From the NCBI GenBank assembly GCA_040901985.1, contig JBBDYC010000011.1, positions 36,897 through 100,896 on the forward strand: a stretch of 64,000 nt of DNA. The letters run 5' to 3'. Shown piece by piece: positions 32,031 through 42,912 of this stretch. The position numbers and the translations under genes were made by a program. Within the stretch, counting starts at the first letter, position 1. Every line of letters starts with the position of its first letter. This stretch comes from Gemmatimonadaceae bacterium (GTDB lineage: Bacteria; Gemmatimonadota; Gemmatimonadetes; Gemmatimonadales; Gemmatimonadaceae). Under the pieces are notes generated by a model, which was not told where the DNA came from, ran no database searches, and saw only the letters and a list, made by a program, of their open reading frames with translations.

Positions 32031-32054
32031 CGTGCGGAATAGTAGATTATCCGC

Positions 32055-32861
32055 GTGTCCAAGACCAATCAGGCATTCCCTCGCCCCCTTGCGGTGATCA
32101 CCGGCGCCTCGGCCGGGATCGGCAAGGTCTTCGCGCAGCAGCTCGCGGAGCGTGGCTTCGACCTGCTGCTCGTGGCGCGCGACGCCGGGCGACTGACCGC
32201 CCTCGCCGACGAGTTGGCGCTCCAGTACGGCGTCGCCGCAGAGGCCTGGCCGGCCGACCTCTCGCGCGACGAGGGAATGCGCAAGCTCGCCGAGGCTCTT
32301 GCCAGGAGCGACCGCCTGATGGTGCTCGTCAACAACGCCGGATTCGGCACCAAGGGGCTGCTCGCCACGCGCCCGGTGGGCGAGCAGGCGACGATGCTCG
32401 AACTGCACGTGATGGCGCCGATGCTCCTCACGCGGGCGGCACTCCCCGGAATGCTCGCGCGCCGCGAGGGTGTGATCATCACCGTCTCCTCGGTGGCGTC
32501 GTTCATGACGAACCGCGGGAGCGTGAACTACTGCGCCACCAAGGCCTACCAACGCGTGCTGATGGAGTCACTCGCGCTGGAGCTCGAGGGGACGGGCGTG
32601 CGGGCGCAGGCGCTCTGTCCGGGATTCGTCCACACCGAGTTCCACGACCGCGCCCAGATGAAGAAGACGGCGATCCCCGGCATCCCGTGGCTCGACGCGG
32701 GGTACGTGGTGCGGGAGTCGCTCGCCGCGGCGTTCGGCGACGGCCCGGTGGTCGTGATCCCGAAGTTCAGCTATCGGTTCGTCACCTGGCTCTTCCAGGT
32801 CACGCCGCGCTCGATCCGACAGGCGTTCCAGCGACGCTACGGACGTGCGCGGGTGGAGTGA
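32055..32861 (+). CDS. Short-chain dehydrogenase/reductase
   Basis: TGASAGIG, NNAGFG, YCATK. Confidence 0.92.
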   Translation: MSKTNQAFPRPLAVITGASAGIGKVFAQQLAERGFDLLLVARDAGRLTALADELALQYGVAAEAWPADLSRDEGMRKLAEALARSDRLMVLVNNAGFGTKGLLATRPVGEQATMLELHVMAPMLLTRAALPGMLARREGVIITVSSVASFMTNRGSVNYCATKAYQRVLMESLALELEGTGVRAQALCPGFVHTEFHDRAQMKKTAIPGIPWLDAGYVVRESLAAAFGDGPVVVIPKFSYRFVTWLFQVTPRSIRQAFQRRYGRARVE

Positions 32862-32874
32862 GGCGCCGGGCCGC

Positions 32875-34107
32875 TCAGGTGAAGGCGTTCAGCCCCGTCA
32901 CCGCCTGCCCGAGGATCAGCGCGTGGATGTCGTGCGTCCCCTCGTAGGTGTAGACGCTCTCGAGATTCGCCATATGCCGCATGCTCGCGTACTCGGCGAC
33001 GATCCCGTTGGCGCCGAGCAGGCGCCGCGCCTCGCGCGCGACGTCGGTCGCGATGTTCACGTTGTTGCGCTTGGCCAGTGAGACCTGCTGCGGGGTGAAG
33101 GTCCCGGCGTCCTTCATCCGGCCGAGGTGGAGCGAGACGAGCTGCCCCTTGACGATCTCGGTGAGCATCTCGGCGAGGCGCACCTGCTGGATCTGGAAGC
33201 CGCCGATCGGCCGGCCGAACATCACGCGCTCCTTCGCGTAGCTGAGCGCCTCCTCGTAGCAGGCCATCGCGGCGCCGAGGGCGCCCCAGGAGATGCCGTA
33301 GCGCGCCTGGGTGAGGCACATCAGCGGGCTCTTGAGCCCGCCGCTCGCAGGGAGGATCGCGTCGGCCGGGAGGTGGACGTCGCTGAAGACCAGCTCGCTC
33401 GTGTCGGAGGCGCGGAGCGAGAGCTTCCCCTTCTGGTCCTTCGCCTTGAAGCCCTTGCTGTCGGTGGGCACGAGGAATCCGCGGATGCTCGTCCCGTCCT
33501 CGTCCTTGTCCTCGGTCTTGGCCCAGACGACCGCCACGTGCGCGGTCGAGCCATTGGTGATCCACATCTTCGCGCCACTGAGCACCCAACTCCCGTCCTT
33601 CTGCTTCCGCGCGCGGGTGATCATCCCGGCCGGGTTGGACCCGTAGTCGGGTTCGGTGAGGCCGAAGCAGCCGATCTTCGTGCCCTTCGCCATCTGCGGG
33701 AGCCAGTGCCGCTTCTGCTCCTCGGAGCCGAAGGCATGGATGGGATACATCACGAGCGCGCCCTGGACCGACGCGAACGAGCGGATCCCCGAATCGCCGC
33801 GCTCGAGCTCCTGCATGATGAGCCCGTACATCACGTTGTTGAGCCCGGCACAGCCGTATTCCTCCGGCAGGTTCGCGCCGAAGTAGCCGTGCTCCGCCAT
33901 CTCGGCGATCAGTTCCTTCGGGAAGCGCCCGTCCACATAGCACTGGCCGATGATCGGAAGGACCTTGGCGTCCACGAAGGCGCGAACGGCGTCGCGGACG
34001 GCGCGCTCCTCCTCGGTCAGGGCGGCGTCAATGTTGAACAGGTCGCCGTCGCGCGGCTTGAGCTGCGGCGAGGCGAGGAAGGACGGGACGTCGAGGTGCT
34101 GGGTCAC
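32875..34107 (-). CDS. Acyl-CoA dehydrogenase (glutaryl-CoA dehydrogenase-like)
   Basis: ELERGDSG, FGLTEPDYGSNP, GAKMWITNG, YTYEGTHDIH. Confidence 0.92.
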   Translation of the reverse strand: MTQHLDVPSFLASPQLKPRDGDLFNIDAALTEEERAVRDAVRAFVDAKVLPIIGQCYVDGRFPKELIAEMAEHGYFGANLPEEYGCAGLNNVMYGLIMQELERGDSGIRSFASVQGALVMYPIHAFGSEEQKRHWLPQMAKGTKIGCFGLTEPDYGSNPAGMITRARKQKDGSWVLSGAKMWITNGSTAHVAVVWAKTEDKDEDGTSIRGFLVPTDSKGFKAKDQKGKLSLRASDTSELVFSDVHLPADAILPASGGLKSPLMCLTQARYGISWGALGAAMACYEEALSYAKERVMFGRPIGGFQIQQVRLAEMLTEIVKGQLVSLHLGRMKDAGTFTPQQVSLAKRNNVNIATDVAREARRLLGANGIVAEYASMRHMANLESVYTYEGTHDIHALILGQAVTGLNAFT

Positions 34108-34188
34108 GCGTGGGCCCGGTGACGGTGGTCGGGGGAATCTAACCGTCGGCTGGGTTTTGCGCGTCCGCCGGGCGCTGTACCTTTGGCG

Positions 34189-35928
34189 ATGCCCCACAGC
34201 GTCCCGCTCATCGCGACGATTTCCGGCGCCTTCGGCCTGGCGCTGCTGTTGGGTTTCATCGCGGTGCGGCTCAAGCTCCCGGCGCTGGTCGGCTACCTCG
34301 TCGCCGGCGTGGTGGTGGGGCCGTTCACGCCAGGCATCGTCGTGGACCTCGAGATCACGCAGCAGCTCGCCGAGGTCGGCGTGATGCTGCTGATGTTCGG
34401 CGTGGGACTCCATCTCTCGTTTGAGGACCTGCTCGCGGTCAGGAAGATCGCGCTCCCGGGCGCAATCCTGCAGATCGCGGTGGCGACCGGGTTCGGCATC
34501 GCGCTGGCGCTCTGGTGGGGGTGGAGTCTCGGCGCGGGCATCGTCTTCGGACTCGCCCTCTCGGTCGCCAGCACCGTGGTGCTGATCCGCGCGCTCGAGG
34601 CCACCGGCTTGCTCGAAACGCTGACCGGCCGGATTGCCGTCGGCTGGCTCGTGGTCGAGGATCTCGTGACGGTCCTCGTCCTTGTGCTCCTGCCGCCGCT
34701 CGCCGTGGTGCTGGGCGGCAGTCCCGCCGCGGCGCTGACGCTGGGCGGCGACCCGTCGCTGGCCAAACAGCTCGCGCTGACGCTGGGCAGCGTCGGGCTC
34801 TTCGTGGTGCTGATGCTGGTCGTCGGCACGCGCGCCTTCCCCTGGCTCCTCTGGCAGGTGGCCAAGACCGGGTCGCGCGAACTCTTCACCCTCTGCGTGG
34901 TCGCGGTGGCGATCGGGATTGCCTACGCCGCGGCGGCGCTCTTCGGCGTGTCGTTCGCCCTCGGCGCGTTCTTCTCGGGGATGGTGCTGCAGAGCTCAGA
35001 GTTCAGCGCCCGCGCCGCCCGCGAGTCGCTCCCGCTGCGCGACGCCTTCTCGGTGCTCTTCTTCGTCTCGGTCGGGATGCTCTTCGACCCGTCCGTGCTC
35101 TGGATGGAGCCGTGGCACGTGGTGGCGGTCCTCGCGGTGATCATGTTCGGAAAATCCATCGCGGCGTTCGGCCTGGTCCTCCTCTTCGGCTATCCGCTCA
35201 ACACGGCGCTGACCGTCTCGGCAAGTCTCGCCCAGATCGGCGAGTTCTCGTTCATCCTCGCCGGGATGGGGGTTGCGCTCGGACTGATGCCGGTCGAGGG
35301 CCAGAACCTGATCCTCGCCGGCGCGGTCGTCTCGATCGCGCTCAACCCGCTCGTCTTCAGTCTGATCGCGCCGGCGCGGCGGTGGATCCTCACGCGGTCC
35401 CGGCTGGCGCGGTATATGCTCCGCCACACCGACCGACTGGCCGAACTCCCGCACTCGGTGCCCCCGGAACGGCTGACGGGCCACGTGCTGATCGTCGGGT
35501 ATGGCCGCGTCGGCCGCCGGATCGGCGAGGCGTTGCTGGCACGAAGCATCCCGATCGTGGTCGCCGAGGAGAACCGGGAGATCGTCGAGCGGCTCCGCGC
35601 GCAGGGCGTCCCCGCCGTCTCGGGCAATGCGGCGGAACCGGACGTGATGATCCAGGCGCACGTGGCGCGGGCGCGGGCGCTGGTGATCGCGATGCCGGAC
35701 GCCGCGGCGGCCCGGGCGATGATTGACACCGCACACAAGCTGCGTCCGGACATCGTCACGATCGTGCGGACCCACAGCGACGATGAGGCAACCCTGCTGC
35801 GGCAGATCATCGGGCCAGGCGCGGTGCTGATGGGGGAGGAGGAGCTCGCCAACGGGATGACGCAGTCGGTGCTCACCCACCTCTCCGTGCCGGAGCCGAC
35901 GGATCAGCGCGTGAAGCAGCGGTCCTGA
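34189..35928 (+). CDS. ybaL: CPA2/Kef-type cation:proton antiporter with TrkA-N domain (YbaL-like)
   Basis: LMFGVGLH, SVASTVV, LAQIGEFSFIL, VGYGRVG. Confidence 0.9.
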   Translation: MPHSVPLIATISGAFGLALLLGFIAVRLKLPALVGYLVAGVVVGPFTPGIVVDLEITQQLAEVGVMLLMFGVGLHLSFEDLLAVRKIALPGAILQIAVATGFGIALALWWGWSLGAGIVFGLALSVASTVVLIRALEATGLLETLTGRIAVGWLVVEDLVTVLVLVLLPPLAVVLGGSPAAALTLGGDPSLAKQLALTLGSVGLFVVLMLVVGTRAFPWLLWQVAKTGSRELFTLCVVAVAIGIAYAAAALFGVSFALGAFFSGMVLQSSEFSARAARESLPLRDAFSVLFFVSVGMLFDPSVLWMEPWHVVAVLAVIMFGKSIAAFGLVLLFGYPLNTALTVSASLAQIGEFSFILAGMGVALGLMPVEGQNLILAGAVVSIALNPLVFSLIAPARRWILTRSRLARYMLRHTDRLAELPHSVPPERLTGHVLIVGYGRVGRRIGEALLARSIPIVVAEENREIVERLRAQGVPAVSGNAAEPDVMIQAHVARARALVIAMPDAAAARAMIDTAHKLRPDIVTIVRTHSDDEATLLRQIIGPGAVLMGEEELANGMTQSVLTHLSVPEPTDQRVKQRS

Positions 35929-36722
35929 CGCGGCTCAAAGTCGCCGCGCTCCGCGCTCCAGACACAGGCGCGGACGCGGACCTCCGTCGGGTCCACCTCG
36001 ACCTCCTGGAACGACGCCGGGAGCCCGCCACGCGTCCGCTCGCAGAACGAGGCGCTGTGCGAGACAATCGTTCGCCGCGCGCCGAGCGCGAACTCCTCGA
36101 TCCGCGTCTGGTGGTCGTGCCCGTTGAGCACAAGCTGCGCGCCGGTGTCGAGCGCGTCGCCGATCGCGTCGGCCCGGGCGGCAAGTCCCCACCGCCGCGA
36201 GAGGTCGCCGCGCAGGAGATTGTGATGGAACACGAGGACCTTGAGGTCGGCGGCCGGCGCGGCGGCAAAGGCGGCGCGGGCCCGCGCCCACTGTCCCGGC
36301 GTGATGGCCCCGACGATTGACAGGTCGCGCGGGCGCTTGGTCAGCGTATAGGGCTGGATGCCGTGGCAGGAGTTGAGCGCGACAATCGTCACCCCGGGGA
36401 GCCGCAGCGAGGGCTCGACGTCCGGCGAAATCCACTTGCGGTACCCACGCAACAGCGGCCAGCGCGGGCCGATGCCAAACGGCTTCCACCACCAGGCCAC
36501 ATCGTGATTCCCGGGGACGACCACCACCGGCGCGTGCGCCCGGAGCGCATCGAGGAACGCCTTCGCCTGCCGGAACTGCCAGCGGAAGTTGCGCTGCGTC
36601 AGGTCGCCGGCGACGACCACCGCGTCGTAGCGCTTGGAGGCGACGCGGCGCGTGATCGCGTCGGTGTACCCGGCGACCGCGTGGCGTCCGAAGTGGACGT
36701 CGGAGACCTGGAGGAGCCGCAC
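35904..36722 (-). CDS. Calcineurin-like metallophosphoesterase
   Basis: SDVHFG, GDLT, PGNHD, GHDH. Confidence 0.9.
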   Translation of the reverse strand: MRLLQVSDVHFGRHAVAGYTDAITRRVASKRYDAVVVAGDLTQRNFRWQFRQAKAFLDALRAHAPVVVVPGNHDVAWWWKPFGIGPRWPLLRGYRKWISPDVEPSLRLPGVTIVALNSCHGIQPYTLTKRPRDLSIVGAITPGQWARARAAFAAAPAADLKVLVFHHNLLRGDLSRRWGLAARADAIGDALDTGAQLVLNGHDHQTRIEEFALGARRTIVSHSASFCERTRGGLPASFQEVEVDPTEVRVRACVWSAERGDFEPRQDRCFTR

Positions 36723-36742
36723 GGGTCGGCGGGGCGTTGCGC

Positions 36743-37768
36743 CTACGCGTTGAGCCGGGCGATGACCGCGTCCGTGTACTGGTCCGTCGTCGCCGTCCCG
36801 CCGACATCGCCGGTCACGGACTTCCGGTCGCGCAGCGTCGCCTCGATCGCCGCGCGGATCGCCCCCGCGCGCTTCCCGTCCCCGACGTGGTCGAGGAGCG
36901 CGCAGCCGGCGAGCATCACCGCGGTCGGATTGGCGATCCCCTTCCCGGCAATGTCGGGCGCGGTGCCGTGCACCGCCTCGAAGATCGCCGCGTCCTTGCC
37001 GATGTTCGCGCCCGGCGTGAGGCCGAGTCCGCCGACGAGGCCCGAGGTGAGGTCGGAGAGGATGTCGCCGAAGAGGTTCGTCGTCACGATCACGTCGAAG
37101 CGCTCGGGCCGCATCACCAGCTCCATCGCGCAGGCGTCCACGATCTTGTCGTCACTTGCCACGCGTCCCTCGTACTCCTTGGCGACCTTGCGGGCGACGT
37201 CGAGGAAAAGCCCCTGCGAGTACTTGAGGATGTTCGCCTTGTGGACGATCGTCACCTTCTTGCGGCCGTTGGCCACGGCGTACTCGAACGCGTAGCGCGC
37301 CGCCCGCTCGGCCCCGAAGCGCGTGATCAGCGCGGTGGACTGTGCCACCGCGCGGGGGTCGTCGCCGACCTTCACGTAGTGCTCGACCCCGACGTAGAGC
37401 CCCTCGGTGTTCTCGCGGACGATCACGAGGTCCACGTTGTCGAACCGGCCGCCGGGAAGGACCGACTTGGCCGGCCGCACGTTGGCGTACAAGTCGAACT
37501 CCTTGCGGAGGGCGACGTTGATGCTTCGGAACCCTTCGCCGACCGGGGTCTCAAGCGGACCCTTGAGCGCGACCCGGGTGCGATGGATGGACGCCAGCGT
37601 CGCGTCGGGGATCGGGTCGCCGTGCGCCTGGACCGCGGCCATCCCGGCCAGCTGGCGGTCCCAGGTGATCCGGGCACCGCCCGCCTCGAGCAGGCGGACG
37701 GTGGCGTCGGTGATGGCCGGGCCGATCCCGTCGCCAGGAATCAGCGTGACGTCAAAGGACTTGGGCAT
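36743..37768 (-). CDS. Isocitrate/isopropylmalate dehydrogenase family (NAD-IDH-like)
   Basis: PGDGIG, SINVALRK, RENTEG, NLFGDILSD, EAVHGTAPDIAG. Confidence 0.92.
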   Translation of the reverse strand: MPKSFDVTLIPGDGIGPAITDATVRLLEAGGARITWDRQLAGMAAVQAHGDPIPDATLASIHRTRVALKGPLETPVGEGFRSINVALRKEFDLYANVRPAKSVLPGGRFDNVDLVIVRENTEGLYVGVEHYVKVGDDPRAVAQSTALITRFGAERAARYAFEYAVANGRKKVTIVHKANILKYSQGLFLDVARKVAKEYEGRVASDDKIVDACAMELVMRPERFDVIVTTNLFGDILSDLTSGLVGGLGLTPGANIGKDAAIFEAVHGTAPDIAGKGIANPTAVMLAGCALLDHVGDGKRAGAIRAAIEATLRDRKSVTGDVGGTATTDQYTDAVIARLNA

Positions 37769-37769
37769 C

Positions 37770-38384
37770 TCAGGGTTCGACGACGAGGTCTGCGATGCGA
37801 ACGGCGAGGGCGGCGACCGCGCCGGCGCCGCCTGGGACGCCGAAGTCGCCGGCCCAGACGATGCTGCGGGCGCGCGTATCGGCCAGCACGAGGCGCAGGA
37901 TTGCCAGATCTCCCTCGACGCGGAGTTCCACCGGGATGAGCGCGTAGCGGGTGTCGCCGAGCGCCGTGATGGGGCGGAGATTGTCGGCGACGACCTCGGG
38001 CACGCCGTCACCAACCTTCGGCGGGGTGCTGCGCCAGCGGCCGACGCCGAGGGCGTAGGGGTCCGTGGAATAGATCGGGTTGCGCCGCGCGGTGCGGACG
38101 ACGTCGGCAGCATACGCCCAGCGGGAGCCCAGGCCGCGCGCCCGCAGCTCGGCCTCGATCGCCGCGTCGAGCGCGAGCCGAAGCTCGGCCCAGTTCGCCT
38201 CGCGGCTCCAACCAATCGTATCGGCGCGCCAGAGCTGCGCCGGCACGACCGCCAGGCGCATTGCGGCAAACGGGGCCAGCGGCGGGCCGGCGGGCGCCGG
38301 GGCTTCCTGTGCGGGGGCGGCGCAGGCCGCGCTGAACAGGGCGACGACGGCCAACGGCCAGCGGAGCGATCGAGGGGTGGACAC
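37770..38384 (-). CDS. Hypothetical lipoprotein
   Basis: FSAAC lipobox-like signal; GC3-rich frame. Confidence 0.6.
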   Translation of the reverse strand: MSTPRSLRWPLAVVALFSAACAAPAQEAPAPAGPPLAPFAAMRLAVVPAQLWRADTIGWSREANWAELRLALDAAIEAELRARGLGSRWAYAADVVRTARRNPIYSTDPYALGVGRWRSTPPKVGDGVPEVVADNLRPITALGDTRYALIPVELRVEGDLAILRLVLADTRARSIVWAGDFGVPGGAGAVAALAVRIADLVVEP

Positions 38385-38469
38385 GGCAGAAAAGTAACGT
38401 GGTGCGCGCCCGCCTTGCACGCCGCGCCCCTCCCGGACAGCGGTGCCGAACGGTAGAATCGTGCCCACC

Positions 38470-40546
38470 ATGCCCCGTTGGCTTTCCGCACTCATCTGGT
38501 CAGCCGTCTCGCTGCTCGGCGCCGGCGCCTTCGCCTACCTCGGCCTCCGGCGCGGCGAGACCATCAGCGCCGCCTGGCTCCTCACCGCCGCGGTCTGCAC
38601 CTACGCCGTCGGCTACCGCTTCTACAGCAAGATCATCGCGGCGAAGATCTTCGCGCTCGACGCCACCCGCGCCACGCCCGCCGAGCGCCTGTCCGATGGC
38701 CGGGACTACGTGCCGACCAACCGATGGATCGTCTTCGGCCATCACTTCGCGGCCATCTCCGGGCCGGGACCGCTGGTCGGCCCCACCCTGGCGGCGCAGT
38801 TCGGGTTCCTCCCCGGCGCGCTCTGGATCATCGTCGGCGTCGCGGTCGGCGGCGCGGTGCAGGACATGATCATTCTCGCCGCCTCCGTCCGCCGCGACGG
38901 CAAGTCGCTCGGCCAGATGGCCAAGGAGGAGATCGGGCCGGTCGCCGGCTACACCGCGCTCGTCGCCGTGATGGGGATCATGATCATCCTGATCTCCGTG
39001 CTCGCGCTGGTGGTGGTGAACGCGCTCCGCGACAGCGCCTGGGCGACCGTGACCGTACTGCTGACGGTCCCGATCGCGATGCTGATGGGCATCTACCTGC
39101 GTTGGCTGCGCCCCGGCGCGGTGCTCGAGGTGAGCGTGCTCGGGCTGGTGATGCTGGTCCTCTCGCTCTACGCCGGACAGTGGGCGGCGGCGCATCCCGT
39201 GCTCGGCCCGATGTTCACGGTGAGCGCGACGACGCTCGCGTGGGGGGTGATGGCGTACGGCTTCGTCGCCTCGGTGATCCCGGTCTGGCTCCTCCTCGCC
39301 CCGCGCGACTACCTCTCGGCGTTCGTGAAGATTGGCGTCGTGCTCGCGCTGGCGATCGGGATCCTCTGGGTGCTGCCGCCGCTGGCGATGCCGGCGGTGA
39401 CGCAATTCATAGATGGCTCGGGCCCCGTCTTCGCCGGCAAGGTGTTTCCGTTCGTCTTCATCACGATCGCCTGCGGCGCGATCTCCGGCTTCCACGCGCT
39501 GATTGCATCCGGCACCACGCCGAAGATGCTCGAGAACGAAGCCGACGCGCGGATGGTCGGCTACGGCGGGATGCTCACCGAGTCGCTGGTCGCGATCCTG
39601 GCGCTGATCGCTGCCTGCGTCCTCACGCCGGGCGTGTACTTCGCGATCAACGCGCCGGCGGGGATCATCGGCACGACGGTCGAGAGCGCGGCGCAGGTCA
39701 TTGGCACCTGGGGCTTCGTCCTCCACCCCGACGAGATGCTGGCGCTGGCCGCCCAGGTGGAGGAGGGATCGCTCCTCTCGCGCACCGGCGGCGCGCCGTC
39801 GCTCGCCGTGGGGATGGCGAAGATCTTCGCCTCCGTGCTCGGGGGCGAGCGGGCGATGGGCCTCTGGTACCACTTCGCGCTGATGTTCGAGGCGCTCTTC
39901 ATCCTCACCACGATTGACTCCGGCACCCGCGTCGGCCGGTTCATGCTGCAGGACCTCGGCAAGCACCTCTGGGCGCCGTTCGGCCGGGTGTCGTGGTATC
40001 CAGCCGTCCTGACGTCGAGCACGATCGTGGTGGCGATGTGGGGATTCTTCCTCTATCAGGGCGTGACCGACCCACTCGGCGGCATCAACTCCCTCTGGCC
40101 CCTCTTCGGGATCTCCAACCAGCTGCTCGCCGCGGTGGCACTCTGCGTCGGCACGACGATCATCATCAAGATGGGCAAGGTGCGCTACGCGTACGTGACG
40201 CTGATCCCGCTCGTCTGGCTGGTGATCGTGACCACGACGGCCAGCCTGATGAAGATCTTCTCGGCCGATCCACGGATCGGATTCCTCTCGCACGCCCGCT
40301 GGGTGCGGGACACGCTTGCCGTCGGCGAGCTGCCGGGCGGCGTCGGCCCCCCCCCCCGCCGGCGCGGCGCGGCTCATCCTCAATGACAACCTCAACGCGT
40401 TGGTCGCGGGCTTCTTCCTGTTCTCGGTGGTGGTGATCCTCGTCGGCTCGATCCACGAATGGTGGGCGGTGCTGAGCGGGCGAAAGCCGATGCGGACGGA
40501 AGAGGCCCCGTACGTGGCTCGCAACCTTTCACTTTTAACGGAATGA
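38470..40546 (+). CDS. cstA: Carbon starvation protein CstA (peptide/pyruvate transporter), frameshifted near the 3' end
   Basis: [45 protein letters not shown]. The frame shifts at C11 (40347-40357) and the CstA-type C-terminus continues in the +1 frame to TGA 40546. Confidence 0.9.
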
Positions 40547-42912
40547 CGATGCGCACTCAGCTCCGCCCGATCGCCGTTGCGACCTCGTTTTTCGTCCTGG
40601 CCATCGCGTTCCTCGCCCCGCGCACGGCTCGTGCCCAGTCCCCGGGGTTCGAGCTCACCGTGGCCAACATCATGCGCGGGCCGGAGCTGTATGGCCGCGA
40701 GCCCTCGCAGGTGCGTTGGACCGCCGACGGGCAGTGGGTCTACTTCCGCTGGCTGGCGCCGGGCGCGGCGTGGCACGAGATGCTCAAGCCGTATCGGGTG
40801 GCGGCGCGGGCGGGGGCGACCCCTGAGCTCGTCACCGACGCGCATATGGACACCGTCGCGCCGATGCTCGCCCGCGGACCACGGTCCGGCGACGGGCGCC
40901 TCAGCGCCGTCGTCGCGGGCGGGGACATCTGGCTGCAGCAGTTCGCCGGCGGACGCGTCACGCTGCGCCGGGTCACCGAGACGGTCGCGACCGAGACCGT
41001 GCCGCTCCTCTCGCGGGATGCCCGGTCGGTGTTCTTCGTGCGCGACAACAACGCCTACGCGTTCGACATCGCCAGCGGCCTGACGCGCCAGTTGACGGAC
41101 ATCCGCAGCGGCACAGCGCCGCGTGAGCCCGAGGAGCCGCGCGGGCAGCGGGCCGCCGTCGCCGAACAGCAGAAGGACCTGCTCGAGTTCGTGCGGGAGC
41201 AGCTCCGCACCGATTCGCTCGAGCGGGCCACCCGCAAGGAGACCGAGGCGCGCCGCCTCACGACAATCTGGATCCCGACCGCCGAGCGGGTCGGCAACGT
41301 CTCCGTCTCGCCCGACGGCCGGAGTGCGCTCATCACCACCATCACGGCCGCCACGGGGACGAAGGGCTCCGACGTCCCCGACTACGTCACAGTGGATGGT
41401 TACCCGCGGATGATCCCCGGCCGCACCAAGGTCGGCGATGCGCAGGCCACCACGAAGATCGCCCACCTCGAACTCGCCAGCGGCAAGCTCACCTGGCTCA
41501 AGCTCTCGCCCGATTCAGTGCCGCCGGGCCAGGCGAGCGTGGGCGACTGGAGCGACGACGGTCGCTTCGCGCTGGTATCGGTGGTCAGCTCCGACTTCAA
41601 GAACAGGTATCTCCACTCGGTGGCGTCGTCCGACGGCGCGATGACGCTCGTGGACGCGTTGCGCGACGAGGCGTGGGTGAACGGCCCCTGCTTCAACTGC
41701 AACGGCTGGACGCCCGACGGCCGCGCCTGGTTCGTCTCTGAGGCGAGCGGTTACTCGCACCTGTACTCGGTTGCGGCCGACGGCAGCGGCAGGCGTGCGC
41801 TGACCAGCGGGACCTGGGAGGTGTTGGCGGCCGACCGGTCGGCCGACGGTCGCTTCTTCGAGCTCAGCACGAGCGAGCCGTCGCCGTTCACCCGCCAGGC
41901 GTACCGGATGCCCGTCGCCGGCGGCGCGCAGACGCGCATCACGGGCGGCGACGGCGGCCATAGCGTGACGATGGCGCCCGACGGCGTGCGCTACGCGACC
42001 GTGTACTCGGAGGCGAACCTGCCGCCCGAGCTCTACCTCGGACGCGTCGGCTCAAGCGCGATGCAGCGCGTCACCACATCCACCACCGACGAGTTCCGGC
42101 GCTACGCCTGGATCAAGCCCGAGATCGTGATGATCCCGGCCGAGGACGGCACGCCGGTGCCGGCGCGCATCTACCGCCCGCAGCAGTTCAGCGCCGCGCC
42201 CAACGGCGCCGGCGTGATCTTCGTGCACGGCGCGGGCTATCTGCACAACGTCCACAACTGGTGGTCGTCGTATGCGCGCGAGTACCTGTTTCACCACCTG
42301 CTCGCGACGCGCGGCTACACCGTCCTCGACATTGACTACCGCGGCTCGGCCGGCTACGGCCGCGACTGGCGCACGGCGATCTACCGCTGGATGGGCGGCA
42401 AGGACCTCGACGACCACGTCAGCGGGTCCCAGTACCTCACCGCGCAACACGGGATCGCGCCCGAGCGGATCGGGATCTACGGCGGCAGCTACGGCGGCTT
42501 CATCACGCTGATGGCGCTCTTCAACAAGGCCGAGTACTTCGGCGCCGGCGCCGCGCTGCGGTCGGTCACCGACTGGGCGCACTACAACCACGGCTACACC
42601 GGCCGCATCCTCAACCTCCCGCAGGACGACACGCTCTCGTTCCGCCAGTCGTCGCCAATCTTCTTCGCCGAGGGCCTGAACGACCCGCTGCTGATCGCGC
42701 ACGGGATGGTGGACACGAACGTGCAGTTCCAGGATGTCGTGCAACTGGCGCAGCGCCTGATCGAGCTCGGCAAGACGGGGTGGGAGATGGCGGTGTATCC
42801 GGTGGAGAACCACGGCTTCGTGCGGCCGAGCTCGTGGACCGACGAGTATCGGCGGATCCTCGAGCTGTTCGACCGGACGATCGGGCCGGGCGGAAGCAAG
42901 GCGCCGCGATGA
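40543..42912 (+). CDS. Exported S9-family peptidase (DPP IV/acylaminoacyl-like)
   Basis: Signal peptide, beta-propeller, GGSYGG nucleophile, HGMVDTNV, ENHGF. Confidence 0.92.
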   Translation: MTMRTQLRPIAVATSFFVLAIAFLAPRTARAQSPGFELTVANIMRGPELYGREPSQVRWTADGQWVYFRWLAPGAAWHEMLKPYRVAARAGATPELVTDAHMDTVAPMLARGPRSGDGRLSAVVAGGDIWLQQFAGGRVTLRRVTETVATETVPLLSRDARSVFFVRDNNAYAFDIASGLTRQLTDIRSGTAPREPEEPRGQRAAVAEQQKDLLEFVREQLRTDSLERATRKETEARRLTTIWIPTAERVGNVSVSPDGRSALITTITAATGTKGSDVPDYVTVDGYPRMIPGRTKVGDAQATTKIAHLELASGKLTWLKLSPDSVPPGQASVGDWSDDGRFALVSVVSSDFKNRYLHSVASSDGAMTLVDALRDEAWVNGPCFNCNGWTPDGRAWFVSEASGYSHLYSVAADGSGRRALTSGTWEVLAADRSADGRFFELSTSEPSPFTRQAYRMPVAGGAQTRITGGDGGHSVTMAPDGVRYATVYSEANLPPELYLGRVGSSAMQRVTTSTTDEFRRYAWIKPEIVMIPAEDGTPVPARIYRPQQFSAAPNGAGVIFVHGAGYLHNVHNWWSSYAREYLFHHLLATRGYTVLDIDYRGSAGYGRDWRTAIYRWMGGKDLDDHVSGSQYLTAQHGIAPERIGIYGGSYGGFITLMALFNKAEYFGAGAALRSVTDWAHYNHGYTGRILNLPQDDTLSFRQSSPIFFAEGLNDPLLIAHGMVDTNVQFQDVVQLAQRLIELGKTGWEMAVYPVENHGFVRPSSWTDEYRRILELFDRTIGPGGSKAPR

